From assembly GCF_003704095.1 (NCBI RefSeq), contig NW_020846801.1, positions 1 through 64,000 on the forward strand: a stretch of DNA of 64,000 nt, read 5' to 3'. This stretch comes from Pocillopora damicornis. Its lineage: Eukaryota. Shown here one piece after another: positions 63,101-64,000 of this stretch (positions within the stretch are counted from its first letter, which is position 1; each line of letters opens with the position of its first letter). A program made the translations under genes and the position numbers. The notes under the pieces were generated by a model, which saw nothing but the letters and a program-made list of their open reading frames with translations, was not told where the DNA came from and ran no database searches.

Positions 63101-64000
63101 TTGTTGCCCAGCGGCAAGATATTTATCGTAAAACTTTACGGCTTCTTCATGGTCACCCAGCACGTGGTAACACTCACCCAGATTCCCATATGCACGGCCG
63201 CTTTCAAGCAAGGCACCTGTAACCTGTTCCAACGTGGCGATCTGCTGTTCAAAAAATCCCAGCGCCTCTTGATAATCTTTAGTGTTCATTTTTGTGATTC
63301 CCAGGTTACCACAAGCTTCTGCTTGGAGAATACAGTCATCAAGTTCATTTGCGATGGAAAGCTCTTCAGAATAGGACACAAAAGCATCATTATACTGTTG
63401 TAAGCTGCTGTGAACTGAGCCGAGATTGCTTAACGCTTTGCAAATACCAACAGAATCATGCACCGTTCTTCTCAGTTCTAACTCTTTTTGAAAGCAAACC
63501 AACGCCCTATCAAAATCACGTGCAGTCCTAAAAGCGCTACCCAAGGCTCCGTGCGCTTCGCTCTCCAGAGCAGCATCCTGCGCCTTCTTTGCGACTTGTA
63601 GTTGTTCCTGGAAAAATCGTATTCCCTGATTTGTGTTACCCAGTGTCACATAAATATCACCAATGTTTCCGCAAGCTTTAAATTCGCCTTGGACTTGCAT
63701 GGCCTCCTGTGAAACAGTTAGGAATTCTTTCTGACACTCCAACGCTTTCTCTTGTTTGCCGATTGCACTGTAAGCCAGTCCTAGATTACAATATGCTCTT
63801 CCTAAGCTTGTCCTGTCTTCCAGATCTTTGGCTATTTCAATGTTTCTCTCGTAATAAGGTACAGCATCTAGGTGACCGCCTAACGAGTAATGCGCGAATC
63901 CCAGATTGTGACAAGCTTTGCACTCGCTCACACGATCCCGCATATGTCTCGCGACGGACAAAAAGTTTTCGTAGAAAGGAATAGCTTTAGTGAAATTTCC
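57177..64000 (-). CDS. TTC28: Tetratricopeptide repeat protein 28 (TPR array plus CHAT domain), 5' truncated
   Basis: Exons >64000-60593, 60212-59975, 59563-59487, 59098-58882, 58627-57177. TPRs (RAYCNLG, DQDKAYRGLGNAHR, QQALVCFEKRLVVAHEL); CHAT CIHFATHVSWKLS, SDGVIGLTRSFLSAGAQ, FSHPSNWAGFILVG. Confidence 0.95.
60263..60388 (+). repeat. G-rich purine tract (many G3-G7 runs) in a TTC28 intron
   Basis: Directly visible; continuous with the SINE core at 60385-60470. Confidence 0.8.

Noticed and set aside
60593-64000. Bacterial TPR-CHAT (Craspase-type) defence protease
   Set aside because: It is a spliced gene with TTC28-specific motifs and lacks the catalytic Cys.

Overview
Animal genomic DNA with short GT-AG introns and a gapped draft assembly (about 12 N-runs). 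The repeat families suggest a stony coral (inference). Left to right: a Ngaro/DIRS-type tyrosine-recombinase retrotransposon (intact RT-RNaseH, gag with an in-frame TAG); a hairpin-bearing satellite; three segments of intron-free, bacterial-type choloylglycine hydrolase / penicillin V acylase (Ntn-hydrolase) genes; a dead Crypton; two tandem CHCHD2/10-like genes; an LRRC74 gene; a Penelope-derived insert with a hammerhead motif; an unrecognised 4-exon coiled-coil gene; TADA2A; CCDC74; KIAA0753 (moonraker); and the 3' part of TTC28. The best candidate for a novel system is the duplicated hydrolase locus. It looks horizontally acquired and domesticated (TATA box, signal peptide ending at the catalytic Cys, C-terminal HTEL) and sits beside conserved animal genes. 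All calls come from manual reading and translation; no database searches were run.
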